A stretch of 64,000 nt of DNA from Mobula hypostoma. Its lineage: Eukaryota. Both the position numbers and the translations under genes were made by a program. The notes beneath the pieces are model-generated. The model was not told the DNA's origin. It worked only from the letters and a program-made list of their open reading frames with translations, and did not search any database. Numbering within the stretch: position 1 is the first letter of the stretch; the number at the start of each line of letters is the position of its first letter. Below, piece after piece: positions 46,986 to 60,245 of this stretch. The stretch covers positions 5,580,001 through 5,644,000 of the forward strand of contig NC_086118.1 in assembly GCF_963921235.1 (NCBI RefSeq), given 5' to 3'.

Positions 46986-49900
46986 TATTTTTTATAGTAT
47001 GTTGGTGTAGTCAAATATTCGGAATGTGCACAGACTGTTTACTTACTTCCCTTGCACCAAGAAACTATTTACTTTCAATGGAATGGCTAAGGACTTCTGA
47101 AAGTGGGTAGTTTTGAAAGGGATTACATACTTATTGCCTCTGATGAAAATTACAATAGCCTAAGATGGTTTATTTCTAAGATTATTGGTCAATTGTACTG
47201 GAAAGTTTAACTTCTGGAGGCTGTAAGAGATATATACAGCATGGAAACAGGTCCTCCAACCCAAGATGTCCACCTTGACCAAGGTGCTTTCCTGAGCTCA
47301 TCTGACTTGCTTGCATTTGGCCCATATCCCTCTAAACTTTTTCTCCCCATGTACCTGTCAAAATGTCTCTTAAATGTTGTAATTGTACCAACCTTTACCA
47401 CTTCCTCTGGCAGCATCCAACACCCTCTGTGTGGAAAAACTTGACTCTCAGGTCTCCTTTAAATCTTTCCCCTCTCACCTTAAACCTGGGCCCTTTAGTT
47501 TCCTTAGCAGTGAGTTTAGACATTTACAAGGATGCAGTTAAACTTCAGATCCAAGTTCCCATTGATCTGCAATGGCCCACTACTCGCAGTTTAAAGTTTG
47601 ATTTTATGTAGAAATCTAAATTACAATTTGTTGGAGCTGTATGGAAATTGTAAACAAGACCTTTGTTTTTCATTCCTAATGACCCTGGAACCAAGAGGCT
47701 GATAGTGTCTTATTTTAGCATGATCTGTCTGCAATCTCCTCAGCATTGAGATTAACCAAGGCAATGGTAAAGAACCAGAATCAGGTTTATTATCACTAAT
47801 ATGTGTCGTGAAGTTTGTCTTTTTGTGGCAACAGTGCAGTGCAAAACCAAGAAGTTACTATAAGTAGTGCAGAAGATGAATAATGAGGTGGTGTTCATGG
47901 CGATCTGATCAGATCACAGTGATCTGATGGCGGAGCAGAAGAAGCTATTCTTAACACAACTGAAAGCTGAAGTAGGCCATTTATTCCCCCAAGACCCTTC
48001 TGCTATGTCATGAAATTATGGATGATCTCTGACTCCATACCCCTGCCTTTTCTATGTATTAACCTTGCTTCTTTGTGGGGGCAGTAACATGAGGTATCTG
48101 GTGATGTTTCATGCATTAAGAATGAAGCAAAGTACTTAAGTGTAGGTCTTATTTTTCTTGTACAGAGCTTCAGTTTCTCTTCCCCACCATGGCCTCTTTG
48201 GTCAGTTATAACTATAACAGTTTATTCCACATTCAGCTACTGTAATGACTTTTTAAAATTAATTTACTTGCAAGGCGTGTGTTTTGAAGGCAATACTGTC
48301 ATTCTCTTAAATCCATCCATCCAAGAACAAAAGAAAATAAGAGCAGGAGTAGATCACCACACTCAGCTCCTCAAGTCTGTCCCGCCTTTCAGAGTGATCA
48401 TGACCGATCTATGCTGTCCTTAATTCCTCTGCCAGTTCACCATAACCCTTAATTCCTGGATCTTTCAAATATTTACCTCCACCTTAAATATAACAAATGA
48501 TCTGACCTCTGAGGCAATAATTACAGAGATTCATCAGAGATTACAGAAGAAATGTCTAAACACCTCAAGGTTATGAATAACTGGCTCCTTCATATCTAGC
48601 AATATTTTCTTTTTGTGACTCTCCCACCAGTGAAAACAACTTAACCTGAATGATTCTTCCTGTTGCGACATTGATTTGTTCTGAATAAATGCCCTACTAA
48701 TTAGAGAAAATTCTTTTCAAAGTCAAGACCTTCAATAATCTTAATTCTGCTATTTTCCCTTGTCACAAGAATGTAGGTGCAGCAGAATATAATTAGTGTC
48801 TTGATATTTGGGTTGACATTAATGCCCTTTTCTCTTCTTTTGTTTGGGGATTTACCACTTCCTTTGATCTATGTAGTAGGTCCTGCTTATTTTTGAGATG
48901 GCTTATTAGTTAATTTCACAGGGCTTTGAAAGCAGCCACATTGCTCTCTAACCAGCATTTCAACCCCTCTATTCTTTATCAATTTGTCATATTGAGAAAG
49001 GAGATTGGTGAGTCCAGTCCCCAATATGCATATTGGGGAGGCTATTTTGTTGCAATTGGGCATATCGTATATAGCTGCCCCTTGAAGGGGGGGGGAGAGG
49101 AAGAGGAGAAGGACACTTCTCTAGATCAGTACATCTAATAGCCTGACAAAGTATGACCTAACCATGGCAAATATTGTTTGCCATTTTCATGTGCAAGATG
49201 TCCATCCATTGCAAGTTTTTGCTTGATTGTGGCTGAGCAAGCAGTAAATAAAGAAGCTGAAGAGGCAGGTGTTAAGGAGGGTGGGGGAAATAAGCAATCC
49301 GTGACTGAGGAAGGAGAGAGTGTGTGATTGAGTTGGGCTGGAGACCAGCTGAAGGCAACAGTCAGTATTGAGTTGATGGTCTCACCATCGTTTGTAAGTT
49401 TGTGGAGAGCAGGAAGTGGAACAATTTGAATAGTTCCATCAAAACCATCACAGGAGTATCGGCCAAATTCACTTTTCAAACACTGCCCACTTCATCATTG
49501 GTGCCATACCTGTAGTGTCAATCACACCACCTACCTGGGTGAATACATAGAAATATTCATCAAAACATTTATCAAAAAAATATTTCTGACTATTTGGAGT
49601 GATCTACTGAGTAAGGGGATGAATTAAATAATTATAAGTTCATTCTAAGTTACAATATAGTTGGCTTTCGAAGCTGAACATTTTATTCTGTCCTATTGTT
49701 GGATGATACAAATCACGGTTCAAAGAGGGCCCAGAAATTTTCTGTTTATCGTGAGATATTCTTATTACTCTGTTAAAGAGATTAGCTGATAAGGATGAAT
49801 AAATTTAACATGGCCTCAGACCAACTCCCTGGATTTAGCTCTATCCCGTCAGTGCATATAATTTCTCTGCACCATCGCTCCAATGACACCGCCCATCCCC

Positions 49901-50103
49901 AGTCCTGCCCCCACTGCAGCTATGCCACGGCCTCACGGCAACTGGATTTGGATTAAAAGGAAAGACAACAACTGGGCTGCAAGATGAAGACAGGAGGGTA
50001 TGGAACTGAGGGGGGGGGGTGTATCTGGGACGCCAGGTAGCACCGTTGAGCCCTCTGCAGACGTCGTGGGCTTATCAAGGAAACGTCAGAGTAGGAGGGT
50101 GCC

Positions 50104-50231
50104 GTGTGTGTGTGTGAAGGGTGAAGGGATTTAGAATGTATGTCTAGTGCACATTCTGGAGCAGAGGGTGGCGGTAATGCACCATTAAGCTGGATGCCAA
50201 CCGCCGTAAAACAAGATACATACAGACAGAC
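50104..50231 (+). mobile_element. Extreme 3' end of a Nimb/I-type LINE inserted in the TRIM promoter region
   Basis: 11-bp TSD AGGAGGGTGCC (50093-50103 / 50232-50242). Stem-loop GGCGGT-AATGCACCATTAAGCTGGATGCCA-ACCGCC, then a short (TACA/GACA) tail. Confidence 0.75.
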
Positions 50232-50465
50232 AGGAGGGTGCCCACCTACCCTCCCTCCTTGTCAGCACTCCACGCCAAGCCCACTGCCAACATCGAGAGT
50301 GCTGATGTACCACAGAGATTGAAACATCAAGTCCTAGTAGCGCCACTACCTCCGCGATCTCCCCGGCCCCGCTCTGTCACCACCCCAGTCTGGCCTCGCC
50401 GGGACTCCGCCTCCAGTCTCGCCCCTTCGCTGGCTTGTTGCCGGAAGCGCCGCCGTCTGGTAGCC

Positions 50466-50870
50466 ATGGCCGGGCTGGACTTGGAGGAGAAGCTGAGTTG
50501 CGCCATCTGTCTGGAACTCTTCACCGAGCCGGTGACCGCGCCGTGCGGCCATAGTTTCTGCCGGCGCTGCCTGTCTGATTACCTGGACCGGCAACAGCTG
50601 CCCACCTGCCCGGCCTGCCGGGCGACGTTCGAGCGGCGGCCCGAGCCCCTCGCCAAGAACCTGGTGCTGGACGAGATGGTGAAGCAACTGAAGCTGAGTA
50701 GCGGGAAGCCGCAGCGTGCACCGGCCGAGCCGGCGGGCTGCCCCCAACACTTCAAGCCGCTCGACCTGTACTGCAGGGGGGAAGGCCGCCTCATTTGCTC
50801 CGCCTGCTTCATTGGGGAGCACCGGGGTCACGAGGTGGTGACGGTGGACGACGAGAGGGCCCAGCGGGAG
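50466..50870 (+). CDS. TRIM65: TRIM E3 ligase exon 1 (RING and B-box 2), probably TRIM65
   Basis: GCCATGG Kozak in a CpG island. C3HC4 RING LEEKLSCAICLELF...CGHSFC..C...CPAC (human TRIM65 LEEKLTCAICL). B-box CPQH...C...CSAC...H..H. GAG|GTCGGT donor. Synteny with FBF1-MRPL38. Confidence 0.85.
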
Positions 50871-52074
50871 GTCGGTGCACCGGGATATCTCTGTACGAGA
50901 CCTGTTCATTCTTGTCAGTGAGCTGAGTCCTACTTTCCATCACTTGGTTTCTGACGTAGAACATCTCGAGGTTACTTTCCACTCCCTGATTAACCGTAAT
51001 GAACATTGTTGCCTCTGCCATCATCCCTTGTGAGACGAGGTACAGTACAGCAGGTTAGATGTTGACACATTTCTACCAGTGAAAAAGTCTTAAAGAACTG
51101 GACAGAGTTACGAGATGAGTTGTAACTGTCCACAGGAATTTCGAATTTTCTGCTCGTACAGGGTGGCGAATCTCCGCAATTCTCTACCTTAGAGAATTGT
51201 GGCGTCTCTGTAATTGGGAATATTTAAAGAGGAAATAGAGCACTTTGAAACTGATATCTGACGGTATCTAGATCTGAAGGGAAACAGGCCGGGAAATCAG
51301 CCATAGTCACATTGAAATGTAGGGTAGAGTTGAGTTCCCTAAAAGTGACTTACTTGGCACTAACAGTCTACATGGATTAAAAACTTCTCCATTCACAAGT
51401 CCTACTTTTCACCTTAAATTTTCGAACCTCCCTCCCAATTATTGATCTACCCCTTCTCCTCCACATCCAATTCTCCACTGCCAACAATATGCATTGTCTA
51501 TACTTGGTTAGTGGGAGCTGTGTATTGTCATGACTCTGGATAATAGCCTCCATGGTATCCAAGACATCTTCAAGGAGCAGTGTCTCAGAAAGGTGGTGTC
51601 CATTATCAAGGACCCCCATTACCCAGGACATGCCCCCTTCTCATTCTTACCGTCAGGAAGGAGGTACAGAAGCCTGAAGGTACACATTGAGTGAATCAGG
51701 AAAAGCTTCTTCCCCTCCCGCCATCTGATTTCTAAATGGACATTGAACACATGAACACTACCTCACTTTTTTATGATTTCTATTTTTGCACTATTTTAAA
51801 TTTAACTATTTAATATATATATTTACAATTGATTTATTAATTTTTTTCTATATTTATGATGCATTGCAACGTACTGCTGCCACTAAGTTAACAAATTTCA
51901 GGACATATGTCGGTGATATTAAATCTGATTCAGTGGAGTGGGCTGTGCTCACTGAAGATAAACTCAGGACACTTATATCCATGTGTAAGGGCAGATGGAA
52001 ACAATATATGGCCTAATCCACTGAGATTTTGCAACTTTTCTCCCGAAAGCTGAACTAAGGGGGAGAAACAACTT

Positions 52075-52395
52075 TTTTCCTTCCCCTTCCCCTCTTCCTC
52101 TATTTCCCACTCTGGCCTTTTACCTTTTCTCACATGCCTATTGCTTCCCTCTGGGTCCCCTCCTTCCCTTTCTCCCATGGTCCACTCTTCTCTCCTATCA
52201 GATTCCTTCCTCTTTAGCACTTTCCCTTTCCCATCCACCTTCACCTATCACCTTCCCCCCCCCACCAACCTTTTATTCTGGCCTTTTCACCCTTCTCAGT
52301 CCAGAAGAAGGGTCTCAGCTGGGAACATCAACTGTGAATTCATTTTCATAGATGCCTCCTGACCTCCCAGATTCCTGCAGCATTTTGTGTGTATT
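52075..52395 (+). mobile_element. Old Penelope pLTR fragment with decayed hammerhead motif (52297-52334)
   Basis: Pyrimidine-rich pLTR, then CAGTC-CAGAAGA-AGGGTCTCAGCTG-GGAAC-ATC-AACTG and the ...AGCATTTTGTGTGT end shared with the other PLE copies. Confidence 0.65.
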
Positions 52396-52507
52396 GTTGA
52401 ACTGAGCTGTTGGTGTAGAGAATCTGCTTATTCATATGAAGTATTACTTAAGTCTAGACCAAGGGTACAATTACTTAAAAGCATCTCTTTTGATTAAAAT
52501 GTTTTAG

Positions 52508-52603
52508 AAAGAACTTATGGCAAAACATGAGGAAATTGAGCGTCAAGAAAAGAAGACGGAAATGCGGATCAACACCCTGAAACAACAAAGCATATCTATC
52601 AAG
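52508..52603 (+). CDS. TRIM65: TRIM exon 2 (coiled coil)
   Basis: TTTTAG acceptor, AAG|GTAATA donor. 96-bp phase 0/0 exon, characteristic of TRIM genes. Confidence 0.85.
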
Positions 52604-52699
52604 GTAATAACAGGTCAGCGGCAGTTATTTAAACAGGGAGCTTCGAGAGTGTTTGTCCATTTGTACAAACTATCAGCGGCGACAACAGAGCTCTATGAA

Positions 52700-55600
52700 C
52701 TAAATAAAAGTACAGAAGGGATAAGTGGAGCAGCCATTGTCGGGAGTAGGCCAGTGGCGAGAGTAGAAGCGACAGGCTTTGGCTCAAAAGAGGCTTCGGC
52801 TCTGTGTACAGCGTCTGTTAAGGTTTCCTTTTTTGTTTTTTTCCCTCTCTCACTGTACCATTTAAATGGCTGTGTTGTGCTCTTCGTGCTGGATGTTGGA
52901 GAACCGGGAGACCCAAGGTCTCCAGGGAACTACATCTGCGTGAAGTGCATCTGACTGCAGCTCCTTGAAAACTGTGTTAGGGAACTGGAGCAGAAACTGG
53001 ATGACTTTAGCCTTGTACGGGAGAGTGAGGATATAATTGATCAAAGTTACAGGGAGGTAGTCGCCCTGAAGTTGCAGGAGGCGAGTAGCTGGGTGACCGT
53101 CAGGAGAAATGGAAATAGGCAGTTAGAGCAGAGCATCCCCGTCGCCATTCCCCTCAAAAACAGCCAGATGTCTTGGTACATATTGGTACCAGTGACATAG
53201 GAAGGAAAAGCAATGAGGTCCTGAAAAGAGAATTTAGAGAGCTAGGTAGAAAGCTGAGAAGCAGGACCTCCGGGGTAGTAATTTCTGGATTGTTGCCTGT
53301 GCCACGCGCCAGTGAGGGTAGAAACAGGATGATCTGGCAGATAAATGTGTGGCTGAGAAGTTGGTGCAGTGGGCAGGGCTTCAGGTTCTTGGGTCATTGG
53401 GATCTCTTCTGGGGGAGGTATGACTTGTTCAAAGGTAACGGGTTGCACCTGAACCACAGGGGAACCAATATTCTTGCAGGCAAGTTTGTTAGAGCTGTTG
53501 GGGAGGGTTTAAACTAACATGGCAAAGTGGTGGGAACTGGAGTGAAAGGACAGATGGTAAAAAAGTAAAGATAGAGTGCAGTCAGATTGTCAGGAAGGGC
53601 AGGCAGGTAATGGGACTTAGTTGTAGCCAACAGGCTGAGTATCAAATCATTAGGGATGCAGAATCAGAAAGGACAGCAAAGTATTGTATCTAAATGCGTG
53701 TAGTATAAGAAATAAGGTGGATGATCTTGCAGTATTACAGATTACCAGGTATGATGTTGTGGCCATCACTGAATTGTGGCTGAAGGTTACACATTGGATT
53801 AGAAAGGTAGGCAGAGGGGTTGGTGTGGCTCTACTGGTAAAAAATGGCATCAAATCAGTAGAAAGATGTGACATAGGATCGGAAGATGTTGAATCCTTGT
53901 GGGTTGAATTAAGAAACTGCAAGGGTAAAAGGACGTTGATGGCAGTTATATACAGGCCTTCCACCAGTGGCTGGGAGATGGACCACAGGTTATAACAGGA
54001 AATACAAAAGGCGAGTCGAAAGGGCAATGTTATAGTAGTCATGGGAGATTTTGACATGCAGATCGATTGGGAAAATCAGGTTGGTAATGAGCTCAAGGGA
54101 GTGAGTTTGTTGAATGTCTAAGAGATGGCTTTTTACAGCAGTTTGTCATTGAGACTACTAAGGGATCAGCTATACTGGATTGGGTGTTATGTAATGAGCC
54201 GGAGGCGATTAGGGACCTTAAGGTAAAAGAACCCTTGGGAACCAGTGATCACAATATGATTGAGTTCAACTTTGAAATTTGATAGGGAGAAAGTAAAGTC
54301 TGATGTACAGTATTTCAGAGTAAAGGAAATTACAGTGGTATGAGAGAGGAGTTGGCCAAAGTAAATTAGAAGGAGCTGCTGGCAGGGATGTCAACAGGGC
54401 AGCAATGGCATACGTTTCTGGGAAAAAATAAGGAAGATGCAGGACATGTGTATTCCAAAAATGATGAAATACTCAAATAGTAAAATAGTATAACCATGTG
54501 TGACGGGGAAGTCAAAACTATTGTAAAAACAAAAGCAAGGGCATACAACAAAGGAAAAATTAGGAGGAAGATAAAGGATTGGGAAGTTTTTAAAAACCTA
54601 CAGACAGCAACTAAAAAAATCATTAGAAAGGAAAAGATGAAATATGAAAGCAAACTAGCAAATAATATCAAAGAAGATAGTAAAAGTTTTTTCAAGTATG
54701 TTAAAAATAAAAGAGAAATGAGAATGGATATAGGACCGTTAGAAAATGAAGCAGGAGAAATAATAACGGGAGACAAAGAGATGGCTGATGAACTAAATGA
54801 GTATTTTACATCAGTCTTCACTATGGCAGACAGTGAACAGTATGCCTGATTTTGTAGTGTGTGAAGGAAGAGAAGTGGGTGCAGTTACTGCTACAAGAGA
54901 GAAGGTGCTCAAAAAGTTGAAAGACCTAAAGGTACATAGGTCACCCGGACCAGATGAACTGCAACCTAGGGTTTTGAAAGAGCTAGCGTTAAAGATTGTG
55001 GTGGCATTAGAAATTATCTTTCAAATATCATTGGACTCTGGCATGGTGCCAGGGGACTGGAAAATTGCAAACATTACTCCATGAGGCAGGCAGCAGAAAG
55101 GAAATTATCAGCCAATTAGCCTGACCTCAGTGGTTGGGAAGATGTTAGAGTCAATTGTTAAAGATGAGATGTTGGAATACAAGAGATTTCAAGTAGGATA
55201 GATAAAGGAGATGTAGTAGATGTTGTGTATTTAGACTTTCAGAAGGCCTTTGACAAGGTGCCACACATGAGGCTGTTTACCAAGTTAAGAGCCCATGGTA
55301 TTACAGGAAAGTTACTGGCATGGTTAGAGCATTGGCTGATTGGTAGGAGGCAGCGAGTAGAAATAAAAGAATCCTTTTCTGGTTGGCTGCCGGTGACTAG
55401 TGGTTTTCCGCAGGGCTTGGTGTTGGGACCACCTCTTTTTATGCTGATTATAAATGACTTAGATGATGGAATAGATGGCTTCGTTGCCAAGTTTGCAGAT
55501 GATACAAAGATTGGTGGAGGGGCAGGTAGTATTGAGGAAACAGGATGCAGAAGGACTTAGACAGATTAGGAGAATGGGTATGAAAGTGGCAAATAAAAAA

Positions 55601-56392
55601 TACAAATTTGGAAAATGCATGGTCATGCACTTTGGTTGTAGAAATAAATGTGCAGACTATTTTCTAAACTGTGAGAAAATCCAGGAATCTGAGATGCAGG
55701 GGGACTTGGGAGTCCTTGTGCAGAACACCTGAAGGTTAACTTTCAGGTTGAGTCAGTGGTGAGGAAGGCAAATGCCATTTTAGCATTCATTTTAAGATGT
55801 CAAGGATACAAGAGCAAGGCCTCACATTATGAACAGTTTTGGGCCCCTCATCTTAGAAAAGATGTGCTGGCATTGGAGAGAGTCCAGAGGAGGTTCACAA
55901 GGATAATTGCAGGAATGAAAAGGTTATCATACGAGGAACATTTGATGGCTCTGGGCCTGTACTCGCTGGAATTCAGAAGGATGAGGGGGAATCTTATTGA
56001 AACCTTTCAAATGTTGGAAGGCTTGGACAGAGTAGATGTGGAAAGGATGTTTTCCATGGTGGGAGAGTCTAGGACAAGAGAGCACAGCCTCAGGATAGAG
56101 GGCACCCTTTCAAAACAGAGATGCGAAGAAATTTCTTTAGCCAAAGGGTGGGGAATTTGTGGAATTTGTTGCCACGTGCAGCTGTGGAGGCCAGGTCGAT
56201 GGGTGTATTTGAGACAGGGATTGATAGGCTCTTGATTGGACATGGCACCAAAGGTTACGGAGAGAAGGCCGGGAACTGGGGTTGAGGAAGAGATAGAAGA
56301 AAAGAATCAGCCATGATTGAATGGCGAAGCAGGCTGGATGGGCCAGATGGCCTAATTCTGCTCCTATGTCTGGTGGTCTTATGGCCTTATAA
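52700..56392 (+). mobile_element. Near full-length decayed CR1 LINE in TRIM intron 2
   Basis: 5' UTR, ORF1 remnants (CSSC..CVKC; HIGTSD..NGLHLN), APE, RT and (TCTTATGG)n tail. Confidence 0.9.
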
Positions 56393-56524
56393 CTATTTGA
56401 TAATAAAAGAAGTTGCATTTGTGGTGTATATTTAACAATTCAATGTGCCTCAAAGCCATGAGTGGCCAGGAAGGTATTTTTAGAGTAATGGAGCAGCCAT
56501 TGTGCACGTAGTGGTTCCGTTCGT

Positions 56525-57118
56525 AACAAGCCCTTCCCATCCGATGAGTCTGCGCTGCCTAATTACACGCATGTGATCAATTAACCTCAAGCCAAGATCA
56601 AGATGCCCATTACGCTGCTGACATTTAGGGCAGCAAAGAAGGTCCTCCGTCTTTGTCCATCCTCTCTATTGTGTCCCAGGTGTGGTTTAGGACTCTCAGT
56701 CGACACATACAGAAGGATTCTTCATTGCTGTTTCTGTAACAATATTTTTTTGACCAGTTAGGGAGATGAACACCCTGAACCTGGAGGACCAGTGGACCAC
56801 TTTTGGTCTGGCCTCTACCCTTTGACCTGTTTGGCATGGTGACCTTACATGAACCAAAGCACAAGGCCCTGACTCCAGCCAACATAGCTCTCCAGGTTAT
56901 TTAGGCTCACAAGCCTCCAAGCCCTACAACAAGCTTATTGTCCTCTTGGAGGATTGATTAACCTACTGGCCTGAATGTCTTTGGAAACAGGGACACTCCG
57001 AGGAAGCCCCATGGTCACGGTGAGAATGGACAAACTCCTTACAGACAGTAGTGGGAATTGAAGCCAGGTTGCCTGCACTGTAGTAGAGTTACACTAACTG
57101 TTACGTTACTGAGCTGCT
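56525..57118 (-). mobile_element. HE1/V-SINE-like tRNA-derived SINE interrupted by an insert
   Basis: Minus strand has a tRNA-like head (B box GGCTTCAATTCC), the V-domain-like CTGTAAGGAGTTTGTCCATTCTCACCGTGACCATGGGGCTTCCTCGGAGTG and a CR1-like 3' end. Confidence 0.65.
56588..56956 (-). mobile_element. Short RTE-related non-autonomous element or SINE
   Basis: TSD ATTAACCT (56580-56587 / 56957-56964). RTE-like 5' UTR and 3' end (TTTGCTGCCCTAAATGTCAGCAGCGTAATGGG) with a short (ATCTTG)n tail. Confidence 0.5.
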
Positions 57119-59272
57119 CCTATTCTGTTACCCAAAAGTCATTCTCACAGTTCCTTCCATTTGCAGGATGAGTGGTGTTTGTTTTCTTGGTAAGTGGTGA
57201 TAGCAGGTTGTGCTGTGATGTGGGCACTGTGCACAGCAAGGTCTAGCAACTAGCAGCATCCCATTGACAGTGGTTGGTCACCAAGTGAAAGATCTCTCCT
57301 GCTCTTTGAATCATGGCATGGGGTATTTTCCATCAGAGGGGCAGGGGAGGAGCCAATGCAGTTATGGGACTGGCATCAGCTGAGATTTTCTCAAATCAGT
57401 CGAAGGGGCTTAAGGTCACCAGCCCCTGAATGGGGATGTGAGAGATTCCAATTAAGCTCAGCTATCATCTCAAGTCTCAGCTGAAGAGCAGAGAGGGAAG
57501 GGGATGGAGGGTAACTTAGTAAAGGCAGTTCTGCGTTTCAGTTTTGTTTTTGCTTCCTATTCTTCATCTGTCATTTAAATCTGAGTTCCCTGAAGGTTCT
57601 GTGGGTTTATCAGATGAACAGCCAAGCTGTTTGGCTCATGGAAGTGTTGGGCCCAAAGTCCATCTAACTTGAGATTGTTGGGGTGGTAAGGGCATATGAG
57701 AATTCCCCAGCCCTTTGTGTGGGAAACTTCCTGCCATCACTTTGTCAACTAGCCAGGCTTTTGTTCAAACAATGATATTGATTCAGGGCCTTGGACAGGG
57801 AAAGAAGAGCAGGTTAGTAAAGGAGATGTGAGCCAGGTGAGATGAGGTGAAGACTTGTAAAAGTGTGACCTTGAGGAGGCTTCACAGAACAGTCTCACAC
57901 ATGCGCATGTGGATTGCTTGTTAGTGGATTCAGTGATAAGGCAGTGTGGAATGGGTAATGTATGGCAACATTTTAAGTTTAATATATGCATACTGATAAT
58001 TAATCTAGAGAGAACATGTATTTTGTAAACCAATAAGAGTATCGATTTCTGACTTAAAATTATTTTCCACTTTTATACATCACATAATCGTTTATTTGCC
58101 AATTCATCTGGTTGTTCTTTGATATGTCTTACCTCTTGGTCCTCCTGGCCTTCAGTCCCTGTCTCCGTCTATCTGTCTCCATCTCTGTCTCTACCTCCCC
58201 CCCGACTCTCTCTTCAGCTTCTTGCACATTCAAGCTGTCGTACCAGATCATGATGCAACCAGTTAAGGATATTTTCAACAGTACATCTGCAGAAGTTTGC
58301 AAGAGTATTTAGTGACAAGCCAAAATGAAGACTCTATCCCCAGGCCCCATTCTGGGTCAAACCTAACTGGAGGGGACAGAGTAGTTTTAAATGCAGCCTG
58401 AGGTACTCCCCATTCCTTTAATAATCAATGCTCATTGCCTTCTGAGGAGGATATTGAAGACCCTGGCCTTTACTGGAATAGTGGGGAGTGCTATTGCTGC
58501 TGACATCAGTGTGACGCTGAGGAAACGCTGCAACACTATAAGCCCTGTCGTTTGCATGAGGTAGAAAGGCCCCAGGTGGTGGTAAGGAGTCTCAGTTCTG
58601 ATCTGAGGAAGAGCAGGCAAGCTCCTGTACTGGTCTTGGACCAAAATGTTTATTTCCCTCCAGATACTGCTTAAGCAGCTGATTTGCTCCAGAATTTTGT
58701 GTGTGCTGTTCAAAGTCTCCTGCATCTGCAGAATCATATGTCTGAGGAATGTCTCTGTCTTGTTCGTTGCCCATCCCTCTGATTCAGAAGCTGGAAGAAG
58801 CTTGAGCATGACTTGTTTTACTTGCAGCAGTGTTGCACCAAGGAGTTGCCAGAGTGGGGTCCTGCTCCAGTGGGAAGTAATTTCAAGATGATTGGAGAAT
58901 AGGCTGTTCTGCACAGACCTAACAAGATGTGTATGTGGACACAGTTTTAAATGCACAGGCACACTAGCACAGAAATAAACTCTGGCTACAGTCCTTTCCT
59001 TGGCCCCCACCCTTCTACTACACTATCAAAATCAATCCCATACAGCTGAGAACGGCAGAGATCTGCATCACTTACCTGAACAAGTGATGGCAAATAGATC
59101 ATGATCAATACCAGCCCACTGTATGTATGGTTTAGGATATTTCATGTTAAGTACAGTCATCCTCATCAACTAATCTCTGTAACAGAGTCATCTGAAAGGA
59201 GAACGTTTATCTCCCTGCTGTCTAGAATATTTCTGGGCTCTCTGTGGTCCATGATTTGTGTTATCGCTAACA

Positions 59273-59352
59273 CAGGGGTTCCTAAACTTCCTTATGCCAT
59301 GGACCCCTATCATTAACCGAGGGGTCCATAGACCCCGGGTTGGGAAACTCTA
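59273..59352. mobile_element. hAT-derived MITE
   Basis: Same element as 34046-34123 in reverse. 8-bp TSD CGCTAACA / CACTAACA. Confidence 0.8.
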
Positions 59353-59949
59353 CACTAACAAATTGGAAGAATGGAGAACAGTGATTGGATGATACAATGT
59401 ACAGTGAGTTACACTCCCTCCCGTGCACTTTAGGATTTTAATTACATTCAAATGTATTATACAGTAAATAAGAAAAATGTTAAAATTGACTGTTGCTATG
59501 GCATTGTGATAAAGGCCCAAATAGTTCACCTGGTGGCACATTAATTAAATAAAACAGCCACCCCACCCCCCAACCACCGCTGGACTTGCTAACACGTGGT
59601 GTGGTTAAGTATTAACTGCTCTTTGAAGAGGTCACATGTAGCCCAATAGTGTCCAGCTATTCACACACGTGAAGCACCGACGCAGAATCTGGCCTTTGGT
59701 CATCTGAGAGGTAAGTATTGGCAGTGGCACAGGGGAGCTTTTTAATAGTGTTACTGAGTGGTGAAGAATGGGTGAGTGGAAACACTATAACTGATTCCAC
59801 TGCAATCAGAGAAAACACCGGCAGATGCTGAAAATCTGAAATAAAAGAAAAGTTTGGAAGTGCCTATTGGGTCTGGCAGAGGCAAAAGAAACATTCCAGG
59901 TCCTTGATTTTCCTGAGAGCTGAGAAAACTTGAAAACCAGCAAGCTTAC

Positions 59950-60245
59950 TACTACTACTACGTCGACTCAGGCCTAGGGGGCCGGCGTCGGGCACGATGA
60001 CGGACTCTCCACTTCTCCCTCTCCCTCATCAGTGTGTTCAGTTCATCTACATTAGCCGCGCCGCTGTCTTCTAGGAGCGTGTTGACCATAGTCTTGGGAG
60101 GGCGCCCAGGGTTCATCCTCCCGTGCTTGGGGTCCCATATGATGACTAGGCTGGCAGGTAGCTCGGGGTGGCGTAGACAGTGCCCTGCTAGTTGCAGTCT
60201 TCTTGCCTGGATTTTAGTGGTGAGCATCGGTAGGTTGTTATAGAA
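59950..60245 (-). mobile_element. RTE-clade LINE 3' fragment
   Basis: Peptide IQARRLQLAGHCLRHPELPASLVIIWDPKHGRMNPGRP...MREREKWR, (TAG)n tail, imperfect TSD CAAGCTTAC / CAAGTTTAC. Confidence 0.8.

Noticed and set aside
50238-50465. N-terminal extension of the TRIM ORF in the ORF track
   Set aside because: It starts at a non-ATG codon next to a TE insertion. The Kozak ATG at 50466 matches the usual TRIM65 start.
58225-59030. 192-aa minus ORF 58432-59010
   Set aside because: It appears to overlie degenerate Rex1/L2-like endonuclease remnants in shifting frames, and no coherent protein is recognisable.
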